DNA of 64,000 nt from the human T2T-CHM13v2.0 reference genome, Homo sapiens: assembly GCA_009914755.4 (NCBI GenBank), contig CP086569.2, positions 25,120,001-25,184,000 on the forward strand, read 5' to 3'. This document shows positions 29,583 to 46,983 of this stretch, piece by piece. Numbering within the stretch: the stretch's first letter is position 1; each line of letters begins with the position of its first letter. A program made the position numbers and the translations under genes. Under the pieces are notes generated by a model, which made no database searches, had not been told where the DNA came from, and saw only the letters and a list, made by a program, of their open reading frames with translations.

Positions 29583-29838
29583 TTTTTTCAGACAGAGTCT
29601 CCAGCACAATTTCGGCTCACTGCAACCTGGGCCTCCCAGATTCAGGTGGTTCTCCTGCCTCAGCTTGCTGAGTATCCGATATTACAGGCATGCACAACCA
29701 TGCTTGGCCAATTTTAGAATTTTTAATTGTGACAGGGTTTCACCATTTTGCCAAGGCTGGTCTTGAACTGACCTCAAGTGATCTACCCTCTCAGCTTCCC
29801 AAAATGCTGGAATTACAGGTATGAGACACTACATCCGG
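29583..29838 (-). mobile_element. Alu (minus, older)
   Basis: tttttttcagacagagtctccagcacaatttcggctcactgcaacctgggcctcccagattcaggtggttctcctgcctcagcttgctgagt...gggtttcaccattttgccaaggctggtcttgaactgacctcaagtgatctaccc...aatgctggaattacaggtatgagacactacatccggc. Confidence 0.85.
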
Positions 29839-30296
29839 CTTGATCATTTTCTTTGCCAGATCTACATGCTGCTTGTCTTAGCCTTAGATATGCCACTCTC
29901 AACTCATGTATTTATTTTCTGTGATAGCAAGACTCATGGAAAGAGTTGGCCCTGACAAGGTTTAATTTTATTTCTCTTAACCCTCCTTTCTTCAGGCATT
30001 TACCCTGTTTTTTAGAATCATATCTTATACTTCTCACTAAATACCATATTTCACTTATCTGTTGCATATTACTCAAACCGTCATGTGTATCTGTAAAACT
30101 GATTCACACCCTCATTCCTGAAATACTATTTTGCTTTGGATTACATGACTCAACTTTCCTCTGATTTCTCTATTTAATTGTCAGTGCCTTTGGTTTCATT
30201 TTATCTCATAGATATCTATTCATTAGACCACTAATCTAACTACACAGAATACCTCTTTCTCTTTCCCTTTCTCCTTTCCCTTTTCCCTTCCCATTT

Positions 30297-30477
30297 TCTT
30301 TTTTTTTTTTTTTTTTTTTTCGTTTTCTTTTTTTAGGAAACTGTTCTGCCACCCAGCCTGGAGTGCAGTAGTGAGACCTGGACTGACTACAACCTCAAAT
30401 TCCTGGGCTCAAATAATTTTCCTGCTTTGATCTCCTCAGTAGCTGAGACTACAGATGCACACCACCACACCTGGCTT
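30297..30477 (-). mobile_element. Half-Alu (right-arm/FRAM-like) with a long poly-T, preceded by a CT-rich simple repeat at 30255-30296
   Basis: tttttttttttttttttttttttttcgttttctttttttaggaaactgttctgccacccagcctggagtgcagtagtgagacctggactgactacaacctcaaattcctgggctcaaataattttcctgctttgatctcctcagtagctgagactacagatgcacaccaccacacctggc. Confidence 0.75.
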
Positions 30478-31967
30478 TTTATTGATGTTTTGAGACAAAA
30501 GCCTGTAAGGTTTTAAACCTGTAGTTCTAAGGAATTCAGTGATATGACCTCTGAATTCCTATACATTGTGATTTTTTTCTCTTATGAGCGTTCCAAGATT
30601 AAGACAGCTAAATTGAAAGCTTCCCCTGAACTTCCTTACACTTTCTACATACCTCTCCCTTCCATCATTTTTGTCCCAAAATACATCATCTATATAACAT
30701 AAAAATATTCCAAATACATTATTTTCCCTCATCTCTTTCACATTTTACCTATAATAACTTTTTTTATTATCTACCACTTACAAATGTGTTTTTCTTGTTG
30801 CTGCTTATACATTCTACTGGAGGTCATCATTCATTGCTCCCTAAATTGTAGTATCAACATCTTAATCTACTTCCTCCTTCTGTGTTACTATATTCAATTT
30901 ATTTTTCACTGAGGGTTCTAGAATTATTCTTCCTTTCAATGAATAAAGCACATCGCTTTTCTTTTTCTTTTTATTCTTCCTTTCTGCTTTACTATTAACT
31001 GTTACTTTATGAGAGAGGAGCCATTTCAGTGTTATTTCCTATTATACCACAATTTTAAGCTAAAAGTCTGAGATATCATAACCTCTCTATAAGTGTTTAA
31101 TATTATAATAAATAACACAACTTTGTAATTTCAGCATTAAATTTTTGAATACTAAGTCTATAGATTATTTATGAAACAAGATTTTAGTTGTGTTGCAGAT
31201 GAGCTTGTTATTTTTTTAACTCACTCCTTCCATTTCTATCCATACTAGCTATAAGACATTTAGAGGTGTGAAAGTGGCATATTCTTCCCTATACTTGAGA
31301 GTCTGTTGAGGTTATATGAATAAAGAAATGTACAATGACCATTTAATTCATATAGCTAAATATAATGTTTAATATTTAAAATTTGTTTAAATGTTTTTAT
31401 TACTTAAATTTATTATAACAAATATTATTTAGATTTTTCATTATTTAAAACTCAATATAAGAAACAAACATGTGGGAAAATCTCAAGTAATTCATTATCG
31501 TTGTTCTTATCATAGAAGATACAAGCCATCTCCTTATTGGTTAGGGTCATATTTACAGAACAGTCACTTTTCATTTCCCAATGAAATCTGAGGAGTGTGT
31601 TTTGAATTCCCTAGTGATATGCCTACAACTACACAGTATAATTCTGTCTTCTTTGGAGGGTATGACTCTACAGGATCAATATGATAATGTCCTAAAATAT
31701 CACTGTTACATTTAATTATATAAAACACCACTAAAGTGAGAATAATATATGAGCTGTTCATTACGTAGTCTAATTATAGAGTTAATTTTTACACTCAAAT
31801 ACTTTAGTTAGAGACTGTGAAATTAAATTGGCCCTAGATGGAACTTAATTATTTGTAACAACTACCATACTGTGGTGAAATGAATTAACTGAAATCTTAA
31901 TAATTTGGAAAATAATAAAGTTATTTCACTTAAAAGTTATTTTAAAAAAACTATATTTCTTAACTAT

Positions 31968-37958
<5,991 letters not shown>

Positions 37959-38040
37959 TCAACTATTTCTTATTATATGAAAGACATAATGTGTCTCGTG
38001 ATAATGATGGAAGCAGCCTCAAATAAAATCTTACAAAACA

Positions 38041-38330
38041 CTCTGGACATGATGGCTCATGCCTGTAATCCTAGCACTTTGGAAGGCTGAGGCAGCTGGA
38101 CGACTTGAGGTCAAGAGTTTGTCACTAGCCTGGCCAACAGGGTGAAACTCCCTCTCTGCTAAAAGTAAGAGCATTAGCCAGGCATGGGGGTGCATGGCTG
38201 TAATCCCAGCTACTCAGGAGGCTGAGGCAAAAGGATCCCTTGAACCCGGAAGGCAGAGGTTCCAGGGAGCTGAGATCTCACCACTGCAGTCTAGCCTGGG
38301 TGAGAGAGTGAAACTCATCTCAAAAACATC
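38041..38330 (+). mobile_element. Alu (full length)
   Basis: ctctggacatgatggctcatgcctgtaatcctagcactttggaaggctgaggcagctggacgacttgaggtcaagagtttgtcactagcctggccaacagggtgaaactccctctctgctaaaag...cactgcagtctagcctgggtgagagagtgaaactcatctcaaaaa. Confidence 0.9.
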
Positions 38331-38818
38331 TCTCTGAACTTTAAAAAGCAAGGTGAATTTAATCAACTTTCTATTTTATGCTGTCATTAAAGTTCATTAG
38401 GTTAAAAGTGAAGAGATATAAGGAATAGAAAAAAACCTCAGACTTGATTTTCAGAGCTCTGGAATCTAACTAAGTAATCAGGGGAGTGTTTAATGAAGAA
38501 AGACCTGACCTCTAAGTTTGGGCAAGACAGAATGTGGGCTGTGTGATTTAAAATGTCTGAGGTTCCCTTGGTGATTATTAGCTCAGAGGCTTTCCTTTAG
38601 CCCACCTCAGATTTTTCTTGGGGGCAGAAAGTGACTCTCAGGAGGCATTTGTGGGAAGGGAATACACTAGTCAGAGCTGTCTGTAGCAAGGAATAAGAGT
38701 CAGGTCAAGCAGTACACAAAGAAAATGCCTGGAAGGAAGAGGCTGAGGAAGAAAACTGATGAGCAAAATCAGCTTTGAAAAACTCTCACAGTTTGTTGTT
38801 TTTCATTTTGGATTGAGT

Positions 38819-39137
38819 TGTAAATAGAGACAGAGCTTGCCTTGTGGCCCACATTGGAGGGATTATGGCCCACTGAAGCCTCAACCTCCTTGGGTTCAAA
38901 TTGATCTTCCGACCTCAGCCTCCTGACCATCTCACCTCCCTGGACTCCACCTATCCTTCCACCTCAGCGTCTCACACTACAGGCATGTGTTACCACAACC
39001 AGCTTATTTTTTTTTATTTTTTTATAGAAAAGATATTGCCATGTTGTCAAGGCTGGTCTCGCACTTCTGGGCTCAAGTAATTTGTTCTCCTAAGTTTTCC
39101 AAATTGGTGGGATTACAGATATGAACCACCACACCCA
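38819..39137 (-). mobile_element. Alu (old, diverged, with a small internal duplication)
   Basis: ...ggcccactgaagcctcaacctccttgggttcaaattgatcttccgacctcagcctcctgacc...ctacaggcatgtgttaccacaaccagcttattttttttt...gatattgccatgttgtcaaggctggtctcgcacttctgggctcaagtaatttgttctcc...ggtgggattacagatatgaaccaccacacccag. Confidence 0.8.
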
Positions 39138-39699
39138 GACTCCTATTGTATATTTAGAAGAATATAAGTATGTCCATTTTTGGATGCATGCACGGAGAAG
39201 ACCCCAAAGCTTTTCGTTTTCCCTGACTTTGGGCTAAACACTAGAGTTCCTCACAGAGTCCATATGCGAAGTCTGGGTGGTTTTTATTTTATTTTCTTTA
39301 TTTTCCTCTTTTTTTCTTTTAAAATATGTCAAGAGGAGTAGATGACCAAAAGGGTGACAGAACACAGGTTAAGTGGCCATACATGACAAAGAGTACAGAC
39401 TACAAAAATAGCTTTAAAGGGTTGCTAAACAAGTAAACAACCCACCAAGTAAACAGTTATGGAGGTCAATATTTTGTTATCCAAATATGCTGAATAATAT
39501 CCAAAGTGTTCACTGTTCAACAATAAAATAAAAGGCACTCAAAGAAAAAAAAAAAGGTTACACTCAAAACATAATTAAAAGAAACTATTTCAGGAAACTC
39601 AGTCATGGTAGTAACCAGGGAAATATTTCAATTCATTTCATTTTAGTGTTCTCAAAGACCTAAGGGAACCCAGGAGAACAGTGATTCAAAATTGAAAAT

Positions 39700-40500
39700 A
39701 TCAATAAAAATGTATGAATTATTTTGAAAAATGAAATCAATAATCTGTAACTAGAAGGACTGAATAGCATGTGTGAGCATGTAGAAAGCCTAATGAGGCA
39801 ACTTGAAGATGGATTGTTTGATATTGTTCAGTGTAAGGAACAAGAAGAGAAACAAGAATAATGATCAAAACTAAGGTTTCCATGGGACACCATCAAGAAT
39901 ATCAACATATTCATAATGGGAGTCCCACTGGAATAGGTGAGATGGGGAAAAAAAGAATATTTAAATGAATAGTGGTTGAAACTTCCCAAAAGTGTCGATA
40001 GATGCAAATCTACTGATCCAAGTATCTCTAAAGAACACAATACTCCAGGGAGAATAAAATCCAAGATATCCACACTGAAACACATGCACTGAAATTGACA
40101 GAAGACAAATAAATAGAGAACTTTAAAAGAATCAAGACAGAAGTAACTCACCACATGCAAGTTATCCTTCATAACATTAACAGCCAATTTCTCATTAAAA
40201 ATTATAGTGGAAAGAAGTCACTGTGATGAGATCTTTAAAGTGCTGGAATAAGAAGATAAAGTCAATCATAAACTCAATATCTGGCCAAACAAAAATTTAA
40301 CTTTATGAGCAAATAAGGCATTTCCAAGCAAACATAATTAAAGAGAGTACATTACTACTAGATCAGCCTTACAAAACATGATGAAAACAAGCAAGGAATG
40401 AAAGAAAAATAGTGCCTCATGTGCAAATAAAGAAATAAGAACATCAATAAAATAATTACGTCACGAAATAGAAAAGCCAATATTATTATATTTGGGTTTT
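39700..40500 (+). mobile_element. Ancient L1 (L1M-type) ORF1-region fragment
   Basis: Translation on the + strand gives a decayed L1 ORF1p-like peptide (…ANFSLKIIVERSHCDEIFKVLE.EDKVNHKLNIWPNKNLTL.ANKAFPSKHN.REYITTRSALQNMMK…). This matches the ORF1p C-terminus …FSSETMEARRQWDDIFKVLKEKN.QPRILYPAKLSFKNEGEIKTFPDKQKLREFVTTRPALQEML… with many stops. Confidence 0.55.
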
Positions 40501-40530
40501 CTGTGACTTTATTTTTCTACTGGATTTAAA

Positions 40531-40835
40531 GGTATCTCACAACTGTAATCCCAACAAAGTAGGGGGATTTCCTTGAGTCTGGGAGTTTGAGACCAGCCAG
40601 GGCAACAAAATGTGACCGTCTTTTGAGAAAATAAACAAAATTAGCCAGCTGTGGTGACATGGACTTCTGTCCCCAGAACATAGGGCACTGAGTTGGAAGG
40701 GTCCCTTGAGCCCAGGAGCTCGAGGCTGTAGTGAACCATGTTTAGCCTGTGTGACTGAAACCCTGTCTCAATGAATTAAAATACAATACAATAATAAAAT
40801 AAAGAAATGACAAAAAATAAAGCAATAATTACACA
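40531..40835 (+). mobile_element. Alu (old, AluJ-like) with an A-rich tail
   Basis: ggtatctcacaactgtaatcccaacaaagtagggggatttccttgagtctgggagtttgagaccagccagggcaacaaaatgtgaccgtc...agccagctgtggtgacatggacttctgtccccag...gagcccaggagctcgaggctgtagtgaaccatg...ctgtctcaatgaattaaaatacaatacaataataaaataaag. Confidence 0.8.
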
Positions 40836-41002
40836 TCTGGGTTGTTAGCAAATGTTGCATAACAAACTATTTTTGACAAAAAAATAGAAAGTTGGGGAAA
40901 ACAGTATGGGAAAATGATTTTTGTATAATGTCAATGCTCAGTTGTTATAATTCACACTATATTATTATTAATTCAAGATATTAATTATAATACCATTAAT
41001 AA

Positions 41003-44000
41003 CTTGTCCTTTTTATGGCTGCATAGTATTCCACGGTTTATATGTGCCATATTTTCTTAATCCAGTCTATCATTGATGGACAATTTGGTTGGTTTCAAGT
41101 CTTTGCTATGGTGAATAGTGCGATAATAAACATACGTGTGCATGTATCTTTATAGCAGCATGATTTATAACCCTTTGGGTATATACTCAGTAATGGGATT
41201 GCTGGGTCAAATGGTAATTCTAATTTTAAATCCTTGCGGAATTACCACACTGTCTTCCACAATGGTTGAACTAATTTACACTCTCCCAAACAGTGTAAAA
41301 GCATTCCTATTTCTCCACATCCACACCAGCATCTGTCGTTTCCTGACTTTTTAATGATTGCCGTTCCAAGTGGCTTGAGATGATATCTCATTTTGGTTTT
41401 GATTTGCATTTCCCTGTTGACCAGTGATGATGAGCATTTCTTCATGTGTCTGTTGGCTGCATAAATGTCTTCTTTTGAGAAGTGTCTGTTCATATCCTTT
41501 GCCCTCCTTTTGATGAGGTGTTTTTTTTTTTTAATGAAAATTTGTTTGTGTTCTTTGTAGATTCTGATATTAGCCATTTGTAAGATGGGTAGATTGCAAA
41601 AATTTTCTCCCATTCTGTACGTTGCCTGTTCACTCTGATGGTAGTTTCTTTTGCCATTCAGAAGTTCTTTAGTTTAATTAGATCTTATTTGTCTATTTTG
41701 GCCTCTGTTGCCATTAATTTTGGTGTTTTAGTCATGAAGTACTTGCCCATGCCTATGTCCTGAATGGTATTGTCTATGTTTTCTTCTAGGGTTTTTACGG
41801 TTTTATATTTAATATTTAAGTCTTTAATTCATATTGAATTAGCTTTTATGTAAGGTGTAAGGAAGAGATCCAGTTTCAGCCTTCTAAAAATGGCCAGCCC
41901 CTTTTCCCAGCACCATTTACGACATAGGGAGTCAATTCCCCATTTCTTCTTTTTGTCAGATTCATCAGAGATAAGATGATTGCAGATGTGTGGTATTATT
42001 TCAGAGGCCTCTTTTCTGTTCCATTGGTCAATACATCTCTTTTGGTACAAGTACCATACTGTTTTGTTTACTGTAGGCTTGTAGTATAGTTTGAAGTCAG
42101 GTAGCATGATGTCTCCAGCTTTTTTTTTCTTCTTCTTCTTAGGATTATCTTAGCAATATGGCCTATTTTTGGGCTCCATATGAACTGTACCTTTTTTTTT
42201 CCAAATCTCTGAAGAAAGTCACTGGTGGCTTGATGGGAATGGCATTGCTTGTATAAATTACTTTGGACACTATGGCCATTTTCAAGGTATTCATTCTTCA
42301 TACTCATTATCGTAGAATATCCTTCCATTTGTTTCTGTCCTTTTTGATTTCGTTGAGCAGTGTTTTGTAGTTTTTCCTGAAGAGGTCCTTCACATTCCTT
42401 GTAAGCTGGATTCCTAGGTATTTTATACTCTTTGAAGCACTTGTGAATGGGAGTTCACTTGTGATTTGGCTCTCTGTTTGTCTGTTAATGGTGTACAGGA
42501 GTGTTTGTGATTTTTGCACACTGATTTTGTATGCTGAGACTTTGCTGAAGTTGCTTATCAGCTTAAGTAGATTTTGGGCTGAGACAATGGGTTTTCTCAA
42601 TATACAATCATGTTATCCGAAAACAGGGACAATTTGACTTCCTCTTTTCCTTATTGAATACCCTTTATTTCTTTCTCTTGCCTGATTGCCCTGGACAGAA
42701 CTTCCAACACTATGTTGAATAGGAATGGTGAGAGAGGGCATCCTTGTCTTGTGCCGGTTTTCCAAAGGAATGCCTCCAGTATTTGTCCACTCTGTCGGAT
42801 ATTGTCTGTGGGTTTGTCAGTAGCTTTTATTATTTTGAGATATGTTCCATCAATACCTAGTTTATTGAGAGTTTTTAGCATGAAGGGTTGTTGAATTTTG
42901 TCAAAGGCCTTTCCTGCATCTATTGAGATAATCATGTGATTTTTGTCATTGGTTCAGTTTATATGATGGATTAGGTATATTGATTTACATAAATTGAACC
43001 ACATTTGCATCCCAGGGATGAAGCTGATGTGATAGTAGTAGATAAGCTTTTTGTTGTGCTGATGGATTCAGTTTGCCAGTATTTTATTGAGGATGTTCGC
43101 ATGGATGTTTATCTGGGCTATTGGTCTAAACTTCTCTTTTTGCTTGTGTGTCTCTGCCAGGCCTTGGTATCAGGATGAAGTTGTCCTCATAAAATGAGTT
43201 GGGGAGGATTCTCTCTTTTTTTTATTGATTGGAATAGTTTCAGAAGGAATGGTACCAGTCCCTCTTTGTACCTCTGGTAGAATTTGGGTGTGAATCCACC
43301 TGGTCCTGGGCTTTTTTTTGGTTGGTAAGCTATTAATTATTTACTCAATTTCAGAGGCTGTTGCTAGTCTATTCAGAGATTCAACTTCTTCCTGGTTTAG
43401 TTTTTGAAGGGTGTATGTGTCAGGAATTTATCCATTTCTTCTAGATTTTCTAGTTTATTTTGTTAGAGGTGTTTATAGTATTCTCTGAGGGTAGTTTGTA
43501 CTTCTGTGGGATCGATGGTGATATCCCCTTTATCATTTTTTATAGCTTCTATTTTATTCTTCTCTCTTTGCTTCTTTATTAGCCTTGCTAGGGGTCTTTC
43601 AATTTTGTTGATCTTTTCAAAAAAAAAAAAAAAAAAAAAAAAACCCAGTTCCTGGATTCATTGATTTTTTGAAGGGTTTTTTGTGTCTCTATCTCTTTCC
43701 GTTCTGCTCTGCTCTGATCTTAGTTATTTCTTGCCTTCTGCTACCTTTCGAATTTGTTTGCTCTTGCCTCTCTATTTCTTTTAGTTCTGATGTTAGGTTG
43801 TCAATTTTATATCTTTCCTGCTATCTTTTGTGACATTTACTGCTATACATTTCCCTCTGCCGACTGCTTTAAATGTGTTTCAGAGATTGTGGCATGTTGT
43901 GTCTTTGTTCTCATTGGTTTCAAGGAATGTCTGTATATCTGCCTTCATTTTGTTATTTACCCAGCAATCATTCAGGAGCAAGTTGTTAAGTTCCCCTGTA

Positions 44001-46883
44001 GTTGTGCAGTTTTGAGTGAGTTTCTTAATGCTGAGTTCTAATTTGATTACACTGTGGTCTGAGAGACACTTTGTTGTGATTTCTGTTCTTTTACAATTGC
44101 TGAGGAGTGCTTTACTTCAGGTTATGTGGTCAATTTTAGAATAAGTGTGATGTGGTGCTGAGAAGAATGTATATGCTCTTGATTTAGGGTGGAGAGTTCT
44201 GTAGGTGTCTATTAGGCCAGTTTGTTACAGAGCTGAGTTTAAGTGCTGGATATCCTTGTTAACCTTCTGTCTCATTGATCTGTTGATTAATGAGACAACA
44301 TTGACTGTGGGGTGTTGAAGTCTCCCATTATTATTGTGTGGGTGTCTAAGTCTCTTTGTAGGTCTCTAAGGACTTACTTTCTGAATCTGGGTTGTGTATT
44401 GGGTGAATATATATTTAGAATTCTTAGCTCTTCTTCATGAATTGATCCCTTTATCATTAGGTAATGGCCTTCTTTGTCTCTTTTGATCTTTGTTCGTTAA
44501 AAGTCTGTTTTATCAGAGGCTAGGATTGCAACTCCTACTTATATTTTTTTCTGCTTTCCATTTGCTTGGTATATCTTCTTCCATTCATTTATTGTGAGCT
44601 TATGTGCATCTTTGCATGTGAGATGGGTCTCCTGAATACAGCACACTGATGGATCTTGACTCTTTATCCAATTTACCCATCTGTGTCTTTGAACTGGGGC
44701 ATGTAGCCTCTTTACACTTAAGGTTAATATTGTTATGTGTAAATTTGGTCCTGTCATTATGACGTTGGCTGTGTAGTTTGCCTGTTAATTGATACAGTCT
44801 CTTGATAGCATCGATGGTCTTTAAAATTTGCTTTTGCAGTTGCTGATACTGGTTGTTTTTTTCCATGTTTAGTGTTTCCTTCAGGAACTCTTGTAAGGCA
44901 GGCCTGGTCGTGACAGAATCTCTCAGAATTTCCTTATTTTTAAAGGATTTTATTTCTGCTTCACTTATAAAGCTTAGTTTGGCTGGATATGAAATTCTGT
45001 GCTGAAAATTCTTTTCTTTAAGAATGTTGAATATTCGCCCCCCACTCTCTTCTGGCTTGTAGGGTTTCTGCTAAGAGATCCAATGTTAGTCTGATGGGCT
45101 TCCCTTTGTGGGTAACTCAACCTTTCTCTCTGTCTGACCTTAACACTTTTTCCATCATGTCAACCTTGGTGAACCTGACAATTGTATGTCTTGTGGTTGC
45201 TTTTCTCAAGGAGTATCTTTGTGGCATTCTCTGTATTTCCTGAATTTGAATGTTGGCCTGCCTTGTTAGGTTGGGGAAGTTCTCCTGGATAATATCCTGA
45301 AGAGTGTTTTCTAAGTTGGTTCCATTCTTTCCATCACTTTCAGATACACCAATTAAACTTAGATTTGGTCTTTTCACTTAGTCCCATATTTCTCAGAGAT
45401 TTTGTTTCTTTTTACTCTTTTTTCTCTAACCTTGTCTTCTCAGTTTCTTTTATTAATGAGATCTTCAGTCACTGATACCCTTTCTTCCACTTGATTGAAT
45501 CAGCTACTGAAGCTTGTGCATGCATGACAAAGTTCTTGTGCCACAGTTTTCAGCTCCGTCAGGTCATTTAAAATCCTCTCTACACTATTTATTCTAGTTA
45601 GCCATTCATCTCATCTTTTTCCAAGGTTTTTAGCTTCCTTGTGATAGATTGGAACATGAAACTTTAGCTCAAATAGTTTTGTTATTACCAACCTCCTGAA
45701 GCCTACTTCTGTCAGCTCATCAGATTCATTCTCTGTCCAGTTTTGTTGCATTGCTTGTGAGGAATTGTGATCCATTGCAGAAGAAGCACTCAATTTTTAA
45801 AACTTTCAGCTTTTCTGCTGTAGTTTCTCTCCATCTTTGTGGTTTTATCTACCTTGTGTCTTTGATGTTGTTGACCTACAGATGGAGTTTTGGTGTAGAT
45901 GAACTTTTTGCTTATGTTGATGCTCTTCCTTTCTATTTGTTAGTTTTCCTTCTAACACTTAGGTCCCTCAGCTGCAGGACTTTTGGGATTTGGTGTAGTC
46001 CACTGCAGATTGTGTTTGCCTGGGTGTCACCAGCAGAGGATGCAGAACAGCAAATATTTCAGAACAGCAAATATTGCTGCCTGATCCTTCCTCTGGAAGC
46101 TTCATCCCAGAGGGGCAGCTGCCTATATGAGGTGTCTGTCAGCCCCTACTGGGAGCTGTCTCCCAGATAGGTTACACAGGGGTCAGGGACAGATGAGAGG
46201 AGGCAGCCTGTCCATTCTCAGACTTCAAATGGCATGCTAGGAGAACCACTGCTCTCTTCAGAGCTGTCAGACAGGGACATTTAAGTCTGCCAAAGTTGTC
46301 TGCTGCCTTTAGTTCAACTGTGCCCTGCCCACAGAGGTGTAGTCTACAGGCAGTAGGCCTTGTTGAGCTGTGGTGGGCTCCACCCAGTTTTAGCTTCCTG
46401 GGTGCTTTGTTTACCTGCTCAAGACTTAGCAATTGTGAACGCCTTTCTACCAGCCAGGCTGCCACATCAGAGCTTGATCTCAGACTGCTGAGCTAGCAGT
46501 GAGCAAGGCTCTGTGGGCATGGGACCCACCAAGCCAGGCATGGGACCCACCAAGCTAGGCATGGGAGAGAATTACTTTGTCTGCTGGATGCTAAGACCTT
46601 GGGTAAAGTGCAGTATTTGGGCAGGAGTGCTCCGTTTTTCCAGGTAGTCTGTCACAGCTTCCCTTGGCTAGGAAAGGGAAATTCCCCGACTGCTTGCACT
46701 TCACAGGAGGGGTGATGCCCTGCCCTGCTTCAGCTCATTCACTGTGGGCTGCACCCACTGCCCTGCCATTCCCAATGAGATGAACCAGATACCTCAGTGG
46801 GAAATGCAGAAATCACTGATCTTCTGCATTGATCATGCTGGGAGCTGCAGACTGGAGCTGTTCCTATTTGGCCATATTGGAAC
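41003..46883 (-). mobile_element. Older L1PA/L1PB-class element (about 5.9 kb) with an intact 5' UTR start but missing roughly the last 0.55 kb of its 3' end
   Basis: Starts inside the ORF2 C-terminus (cctttttatggctgcatagtattccacggtttatatgtgccatattttcttaatccagtc). ORF2 fragments sit in minus-strand ORFs 41242..41613 (…[62 protein letters not shown]…), 41829..42107, 42307..42600 and 42651..42935 (…[36 protein letters not shown]…[31 protein letters not shown]). ORF1 lies in 44539..45377 (MKRPNLSLIGVSESDGKNGTNLENTLQDIIQENFPNL…). The 5' UTR ends ...ctgcattgatcatgctgggagctgcagactggagctgttcctatttggccatattgg at about 46883. An internal A-homopolymer expansion lies at 43615-43645. Confidence 0.9.
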
Positions 46884-46936
46884 ACCCTCAGAAAAAAATA
46901 GGATGCATTTTTAAAGGTTTTTTTTTTTTTTTTTTT

Positions 46937-46983
46937 GAGATGGGGTCTCATTCTGTTGTCCAGGCTGCAGTGCAGTGGTGTGG
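46937..46983 (-). mobile_element. Short Alu 3'-terminal fragment with a poly-T
   Basis: ggtttttttttttttttttttgagatggggtctcattctgttgtccaggctgcagtgcagtggtgtg, after which the sequence departs from the Alu consensus. Confidence 0.6.
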
